Assembly (NCBI GenBank): GCA_965207075.1
Contig: CBDBLO010000002.1
Coordinates: forward strand, 416,001-480,000
Origin: Nitrosopumilus sp.
GTDB taxonomy: Archaea > Thermoproteota > Nitrososphaeria > Nitrososphaerales > Nitrosopumilaceae
Direction: 5' to 3'
Length of the DNA: 64,000 nt
In this document: piece by piece, positions 9,680 to 22,400 of the stretch
How the letters are laid out: each line of letters opens with the position of its first letter
Position numbering within the stretch: the stretch's first letter is position 1
Notes under the pieces: model-generated
What the model saw: the letters and a program-made list of their open reading frames with translations, nothing else
What the model was told of the DNA's origin: nothing
Database searches by the model: none
Made by a program: the position numbers and the translations under genes

Positions 9680-10435
9680 ATGGTGCGTCCAAAGATCACC
9701 AACGCTTTGAAGGGCAGTCTCGGAGAGACGTACTATAAGGAACTGTGTTCCCAGAAAGGTTGGGCATATTGCTCACTCGAAGTTTTGCACAGCTGCAAAG
9801 ATCTCGATTCTGTTGTTTTTAAAACAGGGTTTGAAAGGATACGAATAAGCATTCCTAACTCGATAAGACCGGAAGTGGAAAGGATATCAAAACCATCCAA
9901 CCAGACTGGCCGTGCCCCCAGTTTCGTGTTCGATTACCTCGCATGTAAGATGTGGCAAACAAATACCTCGCAAATACAGCATCCTGGAAGAAACGACTTC
10001 TGTTGGGCCGAAGTGAAGACAGGGTTGGGGATCTTTTCGGATAATCAGCACAAGACGCTGTCCGAGATCCGTCTGCCTATTGCAGTCTTTCACATAGAAA
10101 ATGTTTTGGCCAAGCCACAGTACATCGATATGGATTGGGACATTATGTCTGGAGGGGAGTTTGTAAAGCAATTAACAAGTGTGGACGAACACTACAACTA
10201 TGGAGATACTGACTACAAAGACAGGTATGATAGTAACTATCGTAGCAATACCAAGTCTGATGTGGGTTATGATAGCCATGGCAGATACAAGGATGGTACT
10301 AACAACTCCCGACACTCTAGCGTTGTAGCAAAATATGATGCTAAATGTGGTGTGTGCCACAAGAGGATAAAAGCAGGCACCGATCGAATAACGCAGGATT
10401 ATGTAGGTGATTGGATACACACAAAGTGCGCGTGA
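9680..10435 (+). CDS. Putative PD-(D/E)XK nuclease with C-terminal Zn-binding domain
   Basis: GSLGE...FDYL...AEVKTG motif order; C-terminal CGVC...WIHTKC. Confidence 0.65.
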   Translation: MVRPKITNALKGSLGETYYKELCSQKGWAYCSLEVLHSCKDLDSVVFKTGFERIRISIPNSIRPEVERISKPSNQTGRAPSFVFDYLACKMWQTNTSQIQHPGRNDFCWAEVKTGLGIFSDNQHKTLSEIRLPIAVFHIENVLAKPQYIDMDWDIMSGGEFVKQLTSVDEHYNYGDTDYKDRYDSNYRSNTKSDVGYDSHGRYKDGTNNSRHSSVVAKYDAKCGVCHKRIKAGTDRITQDYVGDWIHTKCA

Positions 10436-10614
10436 GGGATTATCTTACTCGTTACAGCGTGACCGTTTCTGTAACCGGTTGTGGAAATTTCTTAAATGAG
10501 AACGGCTGCATTCGTACACCTTAAGACTAAAGTAGGGACGTACAGCCATGCGGTACAATCCCTCTGACTAAAGGCAAAGCGGTATTACAAAAAGGGTCTA
10601 AACCAGATGTTGGA

Positions 10615-10628
10615 GCGGGCCCAAAGGG
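10615..10628 (-). other. att core (duplicated tRNA-Arg 3' end)
   Basis: 14-bp identity with 34929-34942. Confidence 0.8.
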
Positions 10629-10746
10629 ACGGGAAGGGTTTTGCCGACTATTTCGGGCCCGGGCCTGCGTGGATCGTGCCTGGCCGAGCACTCTTCGGGA
10701 GCAAATGCGCGGGCCGTTACACCTTGTACTGACGCGTGGCCCTTGC
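10625..10746. repeat. ~120-bp dispersed repeat, copy 1 (island end)
   Basis: AGGGACG..GGGTTTTGCCGACTATTTC...TTCGGGAGCAAATGCGCGGG...CACCTTGTAC shared with copies 2 and 3. Confidence 0.85.
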
Positions 10747-11046
10747 ACCTGACGCCAGACGCTTTCCAAAATCTTGGTCCAAGTTACCTATCCAGTCTTG
10801 GAATGAAGGCATCGAGCGGCTATCCTTCCATCTTCCGGGACTGGCCGATCCTCGGGATCCGTATAGGGCTGGAAGGTAGCGGAACCTGGATAGAAATGAA
10901 GGAATCAAGTGTTGGACTTGGCCGCCGCCTGAATCATGATAAACCACTTGCTGGTGCTCTGGTGATGCCCGCAACCTAAGCCAGAGTCAGGCCGCCGGAC
11001 AATTCCAGATGGGGACACGCAAAGTTGTGATAGAGACGCAGGCCCG

Positions 11047-11420
11047 CTATGGTGGACGAGTCCTCGCGCTTGAGTCCGCGTACGGCTTTTGCGCGGTGGC
11101 GTAGCGTGTTCTAGTTAAAGGACTCCATTTGGTTGGTGTGATGTATGCCGTCAAAGGCCACCCCGTTGACGCGCCCCGTGTTTTTGTGCAGAAAGTTCTT
11201 GACCCGGCACTGCTCTTTCCAAGCATGCTGGATGTTAGCGGTCTTGTCGGATATGAACGTCTCAGACACCTGCCCGCTATTTTTTTGGCCTGTGTAAACA
11301 TGGGCGCCATGTCGTAGTTGCCCTTGTACTCGGCCACCATCTTTGCGATCCAAAACCGGGTCTCGGTATACCGCATGGCAAACAGGTACTTGTGGTTGCC
11401 CCTGATCTTTAGTACTTGGT
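11047..11420 (-). pseudogene. IS6-family transposase remnant (frameshifted)
   Basis: KYLFAM..ETRFWIA, FISDK and TNQMESFN fragments in different frames. Confidence 0.7.
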
Positions 11421-11492
11421 CAAGTCGTGCACGTTACACTTCGTACTACATCCAGTTCACGCACGGATCCACGCCACACCTGACCAAGTACC

Positions 11493-12083
11493 TTACGTGT
11501 AGCGTGTACGGTGATCCAGGCCGCGTGTACGGTGATCCAGGCCGCGTGTACGGCGCTTTTTCGGATCAGTAAAGGCGCGATAAGGCACCAGGCCCGCGTC
11601 CCTCGGCTGTATCAGTGGATGATACGGGCAACCGTACTTGCTCAGGCCAAAGCACCAGAGATCAACCCCGTTCGCGGCCAACGCGCCTGCCACGCGGGCC
11701 GCCCGATTCTCGGCATCCCCGTGTATTCCCCACGCGGCCACTACGGTGTCTGCCCCGGAGGCATTGTCAACCACTACTGTCAGATTGCGTTCCCACACTT
11801 CGTGTGGCTCCGGCCCCAAGGCCATCAGATCCCGCGGGTCGGTCGCACGGTACGGTGACAGGTTGCAGACTGCCAAGTTGTCATACCCCCAGTCGATCGC
11901 GTATCTGATGCACCGTCGAATGGTAGCGTCATCCGTGGATTCATCTGCTGTGGACGGGTTGAGCATGACGAACATTAGTGTGCGTCCAGAGTCCGAACGT
12001 CGCCCACCACCAAACAGATCCCTTCTGAACAACTCATATCTGTACGACCGATCGTCAGATAGCGTGGCTGACTTTCTTATCAT
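11493..12083 (-). CDS. DUF1643 family protein
   Basis: YRYEL, FVMLNPSTAD...DDATIRRC, NL..YRATDP, AAWG, P.HPL; C-terminal 21-bp duplication. Confidence 0.88.
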   Translation of the reverse strand: MIRKSATLSDDRSYRYELFRRDLFGGGRRSDSGRTLMFVMLNPSTADESTDDATIRRCIRYAIDWGYDNLAVCNLSPYRATDPRDLMALGPEPHEVWERNLTVVVDNASGADTVVAAWGIHGDAENRAARVAGALAANGVDLWCFGLSKYGCPYHPLIQPRDAGLVPYRAFTDPKKRRTRGLDHRTRGLDHRTRYT

Positions 12084-12255
12084 GCGTCAGGCCCTGGCGG
12101 CCAGCTATTATAGCACTTTGCTGGCTCTGCTACAAAAATGGGCTAAACGTTAGGCTGGGTGACGCGGTTGATGGTGTGCAACGGTATGCGGGCAGTGGCC
12201 GTACCGGTGGGTGTTCGGGGCGCGACTGCGCCCAAGGGCCAAAAAGGAGGTCATT

Positions 12256-12828
12256 ATGCCCGTCCTGCCTGTTTCCGCAGGAGAGCCAGATCTCGCACAA
12301 TCTTTAATAGAACACGTGCAAATGAATGATATGACTCAGAATGGCGACATTTGTGACGACGACGCGCCGCAAATAGATTGGGTGCAGGACACCAAAAGAA
12401 TTGTCGCAGGGCTGGAACATGATAGAGTGTTGAGGGGAACGAGGTTCACGTGGGATCGGGAGGCGTTGAGCGTTGGCAGATGGCAGCTTAACTGCCCACC
12501 AGTGCGCAGCACGGGACTCAGCACTGCGGACATGGTTGACTATGCAACGTGCGCACGGATCGAAGTTGCCATGGCACAAGACCTGCTAGTCCGGATTGGC
12601 CGCGGATACAACGACATGCAGACCCGCACCGAATGCATGCTGAGGTTGTGGATGGCTTACAAATGGGTCGAGGCAATCTTGGCGCAAGACCCACCGGGCC
12701 GGATTGGCAGCGAGTGCAACGACATGCAGATCTACACCGAATGCATGCGGAGTTTGCGGATGAACCACAAACGGATCGAGGCAATCATGAGCAGAGTGGG
12801 TGCAGAAACTCCCGTCCAGGTACGGTAA
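12256..12828 (+). CDS. Hypothetical protein with a 36-aa internal duplication
   Basis: AGGAGGT RBS before ATG 12256; RIG...NDMQ..TECM..L.M..K..EAI repeated at a 108-bp offset. Confidence 0.6.
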   Translation: MPVLPVSAGEPDLAQSLIEHVQMNDMTQNGDICDDDAPQIDWVQDTKRIVAGLEHDRVLRGTRFTWDREALSVGRWQLNCPPVRSTGLSTADMVDYATCARIEVAMAQDLLVRIGRGYNDMQTRTECMLRLWMAYKWVEAILAQDPPGRIGSECNDMQIYTECMRSLRMNHKRIEAIMSRVGAETPVQVR

Positions 12829-12966
12829 CAGGTCCAAGCCGCTTGAGTCGTATCCTCCCTGTATGGACAATCCGCTGTGAGATGTCGCGTATGGGCACAG
12901 GGAACACTGCTGTACTGCGCACCGGGCAGGCCGAACCGCTGGAGTCTGGGACTGTAGTGGATCATA

Positions 12967-13090
12967 AGGGACGAAAAGAGTTTTGCCGACTGTTTCGGAT
13001 CCAGAATGTCGCAGAGCGTGCCCATCCGAGGTACTATTCGGGAGCAACTGCGCGGGCAGTTGCACCTTGTACGGACTTGTGACCCCTTGC
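12967..13090. repeat. ~120-bp dispersed repeat, copy 2
   Basis: Aligns with 10625-10746. Confidence 0.85.
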
Positions 13091-13216
13091 CGCAGATGCC
13101 TGAAATTTTCCACAATCCGGGCACAGGCTATCCAATCGGGTCTTGGCTATAGAGGCGTTGAGCTCGTGAAAACATGATTCATGTGTTTCATAAGACATAA
13201 ATAATATAGCTATCCA

Positions 13217-14041
13217 ATGATAGCCATGAGTCAAGCACTCAAGAAGGCCACTCTCATGATGAGAATGCCAAAGGTGATCGATGAGTATGCAGGCTCGGCA
13301 TCAATGCCGCGCACTACTGCATACAATATGCTAATACGGCGCGGTCTTGCAGTGCGACAGATATTCCGTTTCTACTCACAACTCAACATACGGGGGGAGA
13401 AACTAACAGAGTACGGCATGGCATCAATGGACTATGCGGGGTATGTTATGGCCAAGTATGATGAGTATTACAAGGAGAGCAAACACAGCGTCATAAGCAA
13501 GACCATTGCACTTGATGAGAGTACGCTCAGTGTCATACGGCAGTTGACAGAAGAGTTTGACGTGACGGTGCGGCCCACAAACATCGGAATGGCAGGCATG
13601 TGCCTAGGCCTGGGCTTCATACATGACATTGAATTGGCAAATGACATGGACGCCATAGACGACTTGTTCAGTAAAGACGCTGTGCACCTCTCGCGCATGG
13701 CCAGGCGTGTATGGTCCGCCGCGGATTTAAACATACTTGAGAATCTCGGATGGTCTGTCTCTGATTTGGAGCGGCACGTTATACGCGAGTCCGAACTGCT
13801 GGGCATGATCTGCAGTGACGCGGAGTTGATGGAGAAGACCAATGTCGAGATACAGCAGAAGCGCCCAACCGCGCAGGACGTGCAGAACCCGGAACTTTTG
13901 GAGCAGCTCAACGACGAGAAGAACAACGACAAGCGTAGCGCGCTGATAAGGAAACTGCAGAGGCAGTACGCACAGGCTGGCAAAGTGGCGCAGGAGTACG
14001 ATAAGCGTAACTACCTCGGATGGTCAGAGGCGTTGTGGTGA
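13217..14041 (+). CDS. Hypothetical protein, possible tandem ribbon-helix-helix domains
   Basis: Long ORF after an AT-rich promoter; VIDEYA...RTTAYNMLIRRGL and KTIALDESTLSVIRQL patterns. Confidence 0.6.
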   Translation: MIAMSQALKKATLMMRMPKVIDEYAGSASMPRTTAYNMLIRRGLAVRQIFRFYSQLNIRGEKLTEYGMASMDYAGYVMAKYDEYYKESKHSVISKTIALDESTLSVIRQLTEEFDVTVRPTNIGMAGMCLGLGFIHDIELANDMDAIDDLFSKDAVHLSRMARRVWSAADLNILENLGWSVSDLERHVIRESELLGMICSDAELMEKTNVEIQQKRPTAQDVQNPELLEQLNDEKNNDKRSALIRKLQRQYAQAGKVAQEYDKRNYLGWSEALW

Positions 14042-14135
14042 TACTGATGATTAAGAAAGACATGGAAGGCTTAGTTTCGCACGCCCCACCTTGCCACGAA
14101 CACTCTGAGCCCGCAAAAGTAAAAGGAGATTTAAT

Positions 14136-14318
14136 ATGAAATACGAAATGCCTGTTTTTACATTGTTGCCCGGAGAGCAGCAAGCCGTGGACGAGATCGT
14201 GGAAAAGCACAGACGGCTCGGCCACTGTCCGTTCTGCCACAACAAGGACATCGAGGGCCATGCAATCTCAATAGTCTTGGGCCGCAGGCGCGCGTGGGCA
14301 GGAGTACAGTCCACATGA
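14136..14318 (+). CDS. Small Cys/His protein
   Basis: AAGGAG RBS; HCPFCH motif. Confidence 0.45.
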   Translation: MKYEMPVFTLLPGEQQAVDEIVEKHRRLGHCPFCHNKDIEGHAISIVLGRRRAWAGVQST

Positions 14319-14374
14319 GGCGGCGGCAAGAGTTGTAGTTCGGGCCGGTACGGCCGTCAATCGTTCCGGACATA

Positions 14375-14770
14375 ATGTCTGCAGAAGGGGGCACCGCGTA
14401 CCGCAAGTGCGTCGACTCACATGTGGAACTGGAGCGGGGCGGGCGCGCGTGCAAATACTGCAAAACGAGGGGGTGGAAGGCGCACGATCATCGGATAATG
14501 AGGGTGATTGAACTGAGAAGGGAAGGCTGCCGGAAAAAACGGGCCGCGTACGCGGCAGAGCGGGCTGTTGTTGCAACGGAAAGGACACTGCAGCCCGCAA
14601 ACCAGGGGGGGAGAGAGGAGGTCGGGTTCAACATTATCCCAATAGACAGGGACACTATCCACACCACTAACGCGGCGGGAAAGAACCGCAAGACAGGCTG
14701 GTCTGCAGGGACGAGAAGGGTTTTACCGACTATTTCAGACCCAGAACGACACAGATCGTGCCTAGTCTAG
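14375..14770 (+). CDS. Hypothetical basic protein with CxxC; 3' end runs into repeat copy 3
   Basis: RKC..H...CKYC motif. Confidence 0.35.
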   Translation: MSAEGGTAYRKCVDSHVELERGGRACKYCKTRGWKAHDHRIMRVIELRREGCRKKRAAYAAERAVVATERTLQPANQGGREEVGFNIIPIDRDTIHTTNAAGKNRKTGWSAGTRRVLPTISDPERHRSCLV

Positions 14771-14828
14771 GATTATTCGGGAGCAAATGCGCGGGTTATT
14801 GCACCTAGTACGACTTGCGGCCTCTTGT
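14707..14828. repeat. ~120-bp dispersed repeat, copy 3 (cut by an IS630 end)
   Basis: Aligns with copies 1 and 2. Confidence 0.85.
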
Positions 14829-14871
14829 GCCGTTGCGTGTGAAGCGAAATTTTCAATGATCGTCACTCTAG
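14823..14871 (+). mobile_element. Isolated IS630 right end
   Basis: Reverse complement nearly identical to 27607-27655. Confidence 0.85.
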
Positions 14872-14892
14872 ATCGACTCATGGGTTTGTAAT

Positions 14893-15552
14893 CTATCTCG
14901 TATATGCTTCCAGCCCAGTCTTTGTTGGAGTCCAGTTCTTTGGCTCAAATTTGCTTGGAAGTCTTGAAACCAGCCGGTCTGATTCTAACCCAATGTACAC
15001 CAGTCGCTCTATGATTGCATGTACTTCGCGTCCGGATACGTTTTGGAGCGGCCAGTTTGTAATTTCACTTTCTTTGTCTGTCGTATGACCATAGCGGTCT
15101 ACAAACCATTCAAGTGGTGTCCTGCCGTTGACGTGATATTCACAGATTGGTAATCTATTATATATGATTATATCATCAATTATCAGGACATGATGATTCT
15201 GACTGCTTGTGATATTTTTGGATGAGTCTTTTTTCTGATGGCCCCATCTTATGTTACGCGGCGAATTGGGAATGTTGTTTACGGGCATGCCTAAATCATG
15301 CCGCTTGCAGGTTTCCCATGACAAGTGAAGATCCGCCAACTCTTTGCCTATCTTTGAGAATGCCCAAAAGTCGGGTGCCATTGGAATGTGTGGAAGTTCC
15401 CGGGTGAGATTGTTTGCATACTTCTCTCGATATCCAGAATGGTGTAAGAGTCCATAGACGTAATAGAAAATATCTTCTTTAGTGACAGTATTGTCATTGT
15501 AATGTGTTCTATATTCTTCAAGAGCATAATCTGTAATGTTGTCTACCATCAT
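14893..15552 (-). CDS. Type ISP-like C-terminal specificity domain (separate ORF; frame stays open upstream to the AG tract)
   Basis: DNITD.AL, KEDIFYYVYGLLH..YR.KY.NNL..ELP.IP, G..LA.LH, Y.VNGRTPLEW..DRY motifs; ATG overlaps the TGA of the hidden frame. Confidence 0.85.
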   Translation of the reverse strand: MMVDNITDYALEEYRTHYNDNTVTKEDIFYYVYGLLHHSGYREKYANNLTRELPHIPMAPDFWAFSKIGKELADLHLSWETCKRHDLGMPVNNIPNSPRNIRWGHQKKDSSKNITSSQNHHVLIIDDIIIYNRLPICEYHVNGRTPLEWFVDRYGHTTDKESEITNWPLQNVSGREVHAIIERLVYIGLESDRLVSRLPSKFEPKNWTPTKTGLEAYTR

Positions 15553-15658
15553 TCTTTCATCACTTTCATCGGGAATACTTGACCGTGATGGACTACTTCC
15601 AAGTCTGGTATCGTGTCGGTTATGAATACCGAAAACTTGCCCTGTATCTTGTATGGTA

Positions 15659-18130
<2,472 letters not shown>

Positions 18131-18186
18131 TTTATCTCCATGCTGTACAGTATCCTCGGCTTTCCAATCTCCCGAGTGTACCGGTA

Positions 18187-19445
18187 AGCGCTGTCCAGTT
18201 CGGAATTTTCTGCCTCAGATTTGTGCACATTTTGATGCGCTCGGGCATGAGAAGATGCCAGAATTGTCGCCGATCTAGGGAGTTGGTACGGGAAGGATCC
18301 AGATTTTGTGCCGTAGCCGGTGGTTTGTGCGCAGCGTCCGCTGGGGGTTGTGACCCTCCTTTCGGGCGGGAGGGTCTAGGCGACTAGGTTGTAGCAGATG
18401 CATTTGAGTACGAGCCGCAGCTTCCGCATGGCAAGCGTCTTTGCGCGCGCGACCGCGCCGAACCTCTCCTTGATGACGGAGAATGCGGTCTCGACTAGGC
18501 TGCGCCGGTGGTATGCCCTGCCGAACCCCTCCGGGTCGTCGCGGTGCCACTTGAGCATTGTACCCATGGCATGGTAGCCGTTGGGCCGGGAGTTCTTCTT
18601 GGGGCATATCACGGGATCGCGCCCGCTGCGCGCGATCGCGTCACAGTTTGCCTTGGCAAGGTATGCCGCGTCCAGGATGACATGGCCGCCGCCCCGCGGT
18701 ACGCGTCTGTGCATCTCCCTGAACACGGGCGAATCATGCGCGCGGCCCGCGGTCACCTCGCACGTGACTATCATCCCGTGCGGCGCCATCAGTATGTGCA
18801 GCTTGCTGAATTCGCGTCTGGATATGATCCCTTTCTTGGCGTCCTCCCAGTCCTCGTACCTCATGATGGAGAACCCCGACGAGTCTCCCAGGAGCGTCCC
18901 GCGTGCGTGTTCCGCCGCCTGGGCGCCCAGCAGTCCGACCACGGCGTCGATCATGCCCGCGAGTCCCTTTGCCCAGTCATGTAGCCCGGACTTTGATGGA
19001 ACTTTTTTTAAGCCGTACATGTTTACCGAACCTGAGTGTTCGTTCATGTACACAACATGGATCCTGTACGAGTGGTTGCGGAAGGTCATGTCCACGAGGC
19101 ATACGATCCTTGCAGCATCGTGCTCGTCGGCATCGTGGAGGGCGCCGCGGATCAGTTTCCGTAAAGATTTGATCCGGGCCCCCTTCACCCTGCCTTCTTC
19201 CCTGCGCTTCCTCTCGTACTCCTTGTAGTCGCGGCACTCCCTGATGCTCTTCTTCCTGCACTCCTTCCTGTACGCCCTGACGTGCTCGTCATGCCTCAGC
19301 TTGTCGCCCTTCCTGCTCTTCCTTCGTCTTCTTCTGGAACTCATTGGCGGTAGCCGCTATATGTGATCAATAAGCTTTTCCATCCGAGTCAGTTCTGATC
19401 TTTAAGCTTTTTGTCGTTTTTGCGCTGCCGGATCTGGACAGCGCC
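18187..19445 (-). mobile_element. IS5-like insertion sequence (~1.26 kb) in the 3' end of the helicase gene
   Basis: TIR GCGCTGTCCAG at both ends; 9-bp target duplication GTACCGGTA at 18178-18186 and 19446-19454. Confidence 0.92.
18376..19344 (-). CDS. DDE transposase (IS5/IS4 superfamily)
   Basis: GDSSGF, KLH, HDSP, LDAAY, YHRRSLVETAFSVIKERFG. Confidence 0.92.
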   Translation of the reverse strand: MSSRRRRRKSRKGDKLRHDEHVRAYRKECRKKSIRECRDYKEYERKRREEGRVKGARIKSLRKLIRGALHDADEHDAARIVCLVDMTFRNHSYRIHVVYMNEHSGSVNMYGLKKVPSKSGLHDWAKGLAGMIDAVVGLLGAQAAEHARGTLLGDSSGFSIMRYEDWEDAKKGIISRREFSKLHILMAPHGMIVTCEVTAGRAHDSPVFREMHRRVPRGGGHVILDAAYLAKANCDAIARSGRDPVICPKKNSRPNGYHAMGTMLKWHRDDPEGFGRAYHRRSLVETAFSVIKERFGAVARAKTLAMRKLRLVLKCICYNLVA

Positions 19446-22400
19446 GTACCGGTATTCTTCTTTTAGTATTACTTCCAACTCACCTAGAATTTGTGCGTCG
19501 TTTAGATTGTCGGAGTTTATTCTCTTTCGGAGGTTGTGCAGCGCCGTGTATGGTTGCTTGTTTCTCACCATCATCCTTCCCATGCGGGGCAGGAGCAGCT
19601 TGGCGCGTCGGCCCAGTTCTACGTCTTCTGCAATCCTGTTCAATCTCTTCTCGAAATACGTCTGCAGTTTTGTGGTACGTATGCGCGCCTGCTCATTCTT
19701 CATATCTCGGGTAAATTTTACCCACGCATCGCGTATGAATCCATCGTGTTGTGGGCCCTCTGCCTCTTTGGCAATTCCGACCTTTGTCTCTCCAAGCTTG
19801 GCGAGAAACGACGATGCGACCATTTTTTGTACATTGTCGCCTGACACCATATAGTATCGACGTAACGTCTTGGTGTCTATGACCCCACCGTTGAGTAGTA
19901 GCAGCTCGTCGGCCTCGCAAGCTACAAGCATCCTACCATCCCCGACGGAGCTCTTTATTCCAAGCGGCAGGCTGGTTATCCTGCGTCGGAGTGCCTCGTC
20001 GTTTTGTATGGCCTCGGCGTCCAGCTCTGCCGTAGTTTGTACCATGTCCAAGATGCCTTCTGAATCCATGTCCAGGACGTCTTCCACTCCAGCGTATATG
20101 TCGATTACCGCATCCTCATCTATCTTCTCAGATGGTTCTAGAATAGTCTGGTCGTGTCCGATAATTCGTCGTATAGTGCTTATCTTGCTGGCGACTCGCT
20201 CCCTTAAGCCTAGGCGGCTTTCGACTTGTGTGGTGGGCAGAAAGTTCACAATGTCGACCGTTTCGTGCTTGGAGCCTATTCGGTCTATCCTTCCAACTCT
20301 CTGTATGAGCCGTACTGGGTTCCAGTGGAAGTCATAGTTTATCACAGTGCGGCCTGCCTGTAGGTTTACGCCCTCGGAAAGGACATCTGTGCTCACCAGT
20401 ATGTTGAGTTCTTCTTCCGGTGCAAACTGGGCATTGTTGTTTTCGGGATCAAATCTACCCACCATCTCCCTTTTTTCGGCAGACGACTTGTGGGAGTCTA
20501 TCTGGCCTATGCGGATGTCGGGTATGGCCTCCTTTATGCGCCCGTAAAGATATTCTGCGGTCACGCGCGACTCGGTAAATAGGAGTATCTTTTCATCCTT
20601 GACTCGTATTACCTCCAGCAGGGAATCGAACTTGTCATCGAACTTGTGATAGTCTGCCATCGCAGGCAGGTAGTTGAGTATTTTTCCAAACTCGCCTATG
20701 TCGTGTACCAGATCGGCGCGCCATCTTGCTACGTCAAACGCGTCAATGCTGTAATCCGACTCTCCGAGCTTCTCAAGGTCGTACTCGTCATCATCATACA
20801 TGATGCTCTTGTATATGGCGTCTTGGTAGTCCTTTCCTATCGGGACTATGCCCTTTTTCAAAAGGTCTAGGAACTCTTGTGATCCCTTCTGGTAGTTTGT
20901 AGCACTTGCTGCAAACGCCGCTATGCTGGACTCCATTCTCTTCAAGAGTCCGCATCTTACCATCCCGATGAGGGACTTCATGCGGTTTGCGAGATCATTG
21001 TATTTTTTGTATTCGGGATGCGTGGTATTCTGGTACTCTTCTTTGATATAGTCTCCGGGAGAGTACCTGGCCATGGTCAGGTTTTCAATATGGCCCAGCA
21101 TGGCCTCAAAGGAGCTTAGATACACCTTATCTATGTCGTACTGACGCGGGGTGGTCAAGTTCCTTTCTGGAAAGTATCTGCGCTCTCCGCTTTCCAGTTC
21201 AAGATAGTGCCTCTTGCCGTCGCGCTTTGCGTACTTTTCACGAATCTGCCTTCTAGTGCGGCGAATCAGTATGTGGCGCAGCAGCTCCCGTATCCTTTCC
21301 TCGCCCTCTTCGGTAAGACGGTGATCCTGCTCTGACCCCTTGAAGTATTCGTCGAGCGAGGTGTTACCAAGTGGGGGTATGTCCCGGATTCTTTCTGCAG
21401 GAAAGAGGTTCAACTGGTTCTTTAGGTCCGTTACGCCGTTTGAGATTGGGGTTGCGGTAAGCATGATGATGGCCGAGTCGTCACTTTGCTGTTCCATGAA
21501 CGCGTGCAGTGCGTCGTATGCATGCGTCTTGTTTCTAAAGTTGTGGCTCTCGTCCACCAGTATGACGTCACAGTTGGTGTAACGGCTCAGTATGTTGTCG
21601 TCCATTCCTATCTTGTACCTGGAGACTACCTCTGCGTATATGTCAAAGAGGCGCATGTATTCCCTCCACATGTCAATCAGATGGGGGGGACATATGATGA
21701 GGGGCTTGGCCCGCTTTGTCTCCTTGAGATACTTTAGTATCATGCTGCCAATGTACGACTTGCCGGTTCCCACCACATCCGCCACTATCACACCACCGTA
21801 CTCTTCGAGCATCTTGACGGACTTTAGGACCGCCATCCTTTGGAATTCAAAGAGATGTCTTGCCTCGACGCCGCCTATTACGTCATCCGGCAGACTACCA
21901 TACTCGTGCATCACCGCCTTGCGGTATATGTCGATGGGGCGCCTGTCATTGACCCACGAGTCCCGCATCTCGCTGGCCATCTCCTCGGTGAATTCTTTGG
22001 CCTCTTCCCAGTGTCGCTCAAACCACTCCAACAGTTTCTCTGTATCGTTGTCCACATTGGTTCGCAGATTGAGTTCCGTATGTTCCCTTATTCCGGATAT
22101 TGAGAGGTTGCTGGATCCTACTATGGAGAATCGTGGCAGGGCAGGATTGTCCATCTCAAATATGTACGCCTTGGCGTGAAGTTGTACCTTTGTGTAGACT
22201 CGGACCTGCAGTTTGCCGCGTCGCATCAGATCTGCCAGCTTTAGCACTGCACGTCGATCCTGCTCAGTCTGTGGCATGTGTCCAAGGGAATCACGTACTT
22301 GCTTGGAAACTGTCGTCTGTCCACCAACGTCGTCTGTTGCAACTTTTCGCTTTACATCGTCAAACGACTCGTTGTTTGCAAGCAGTGCTTCCGCGGTAGG

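Noticed and set aside
12589-12790. DGR template/variable repeat for the 108-bp duplication
   Set aside because: Mismatches are not adenine-specific and there is no reverse transcriptase in the window
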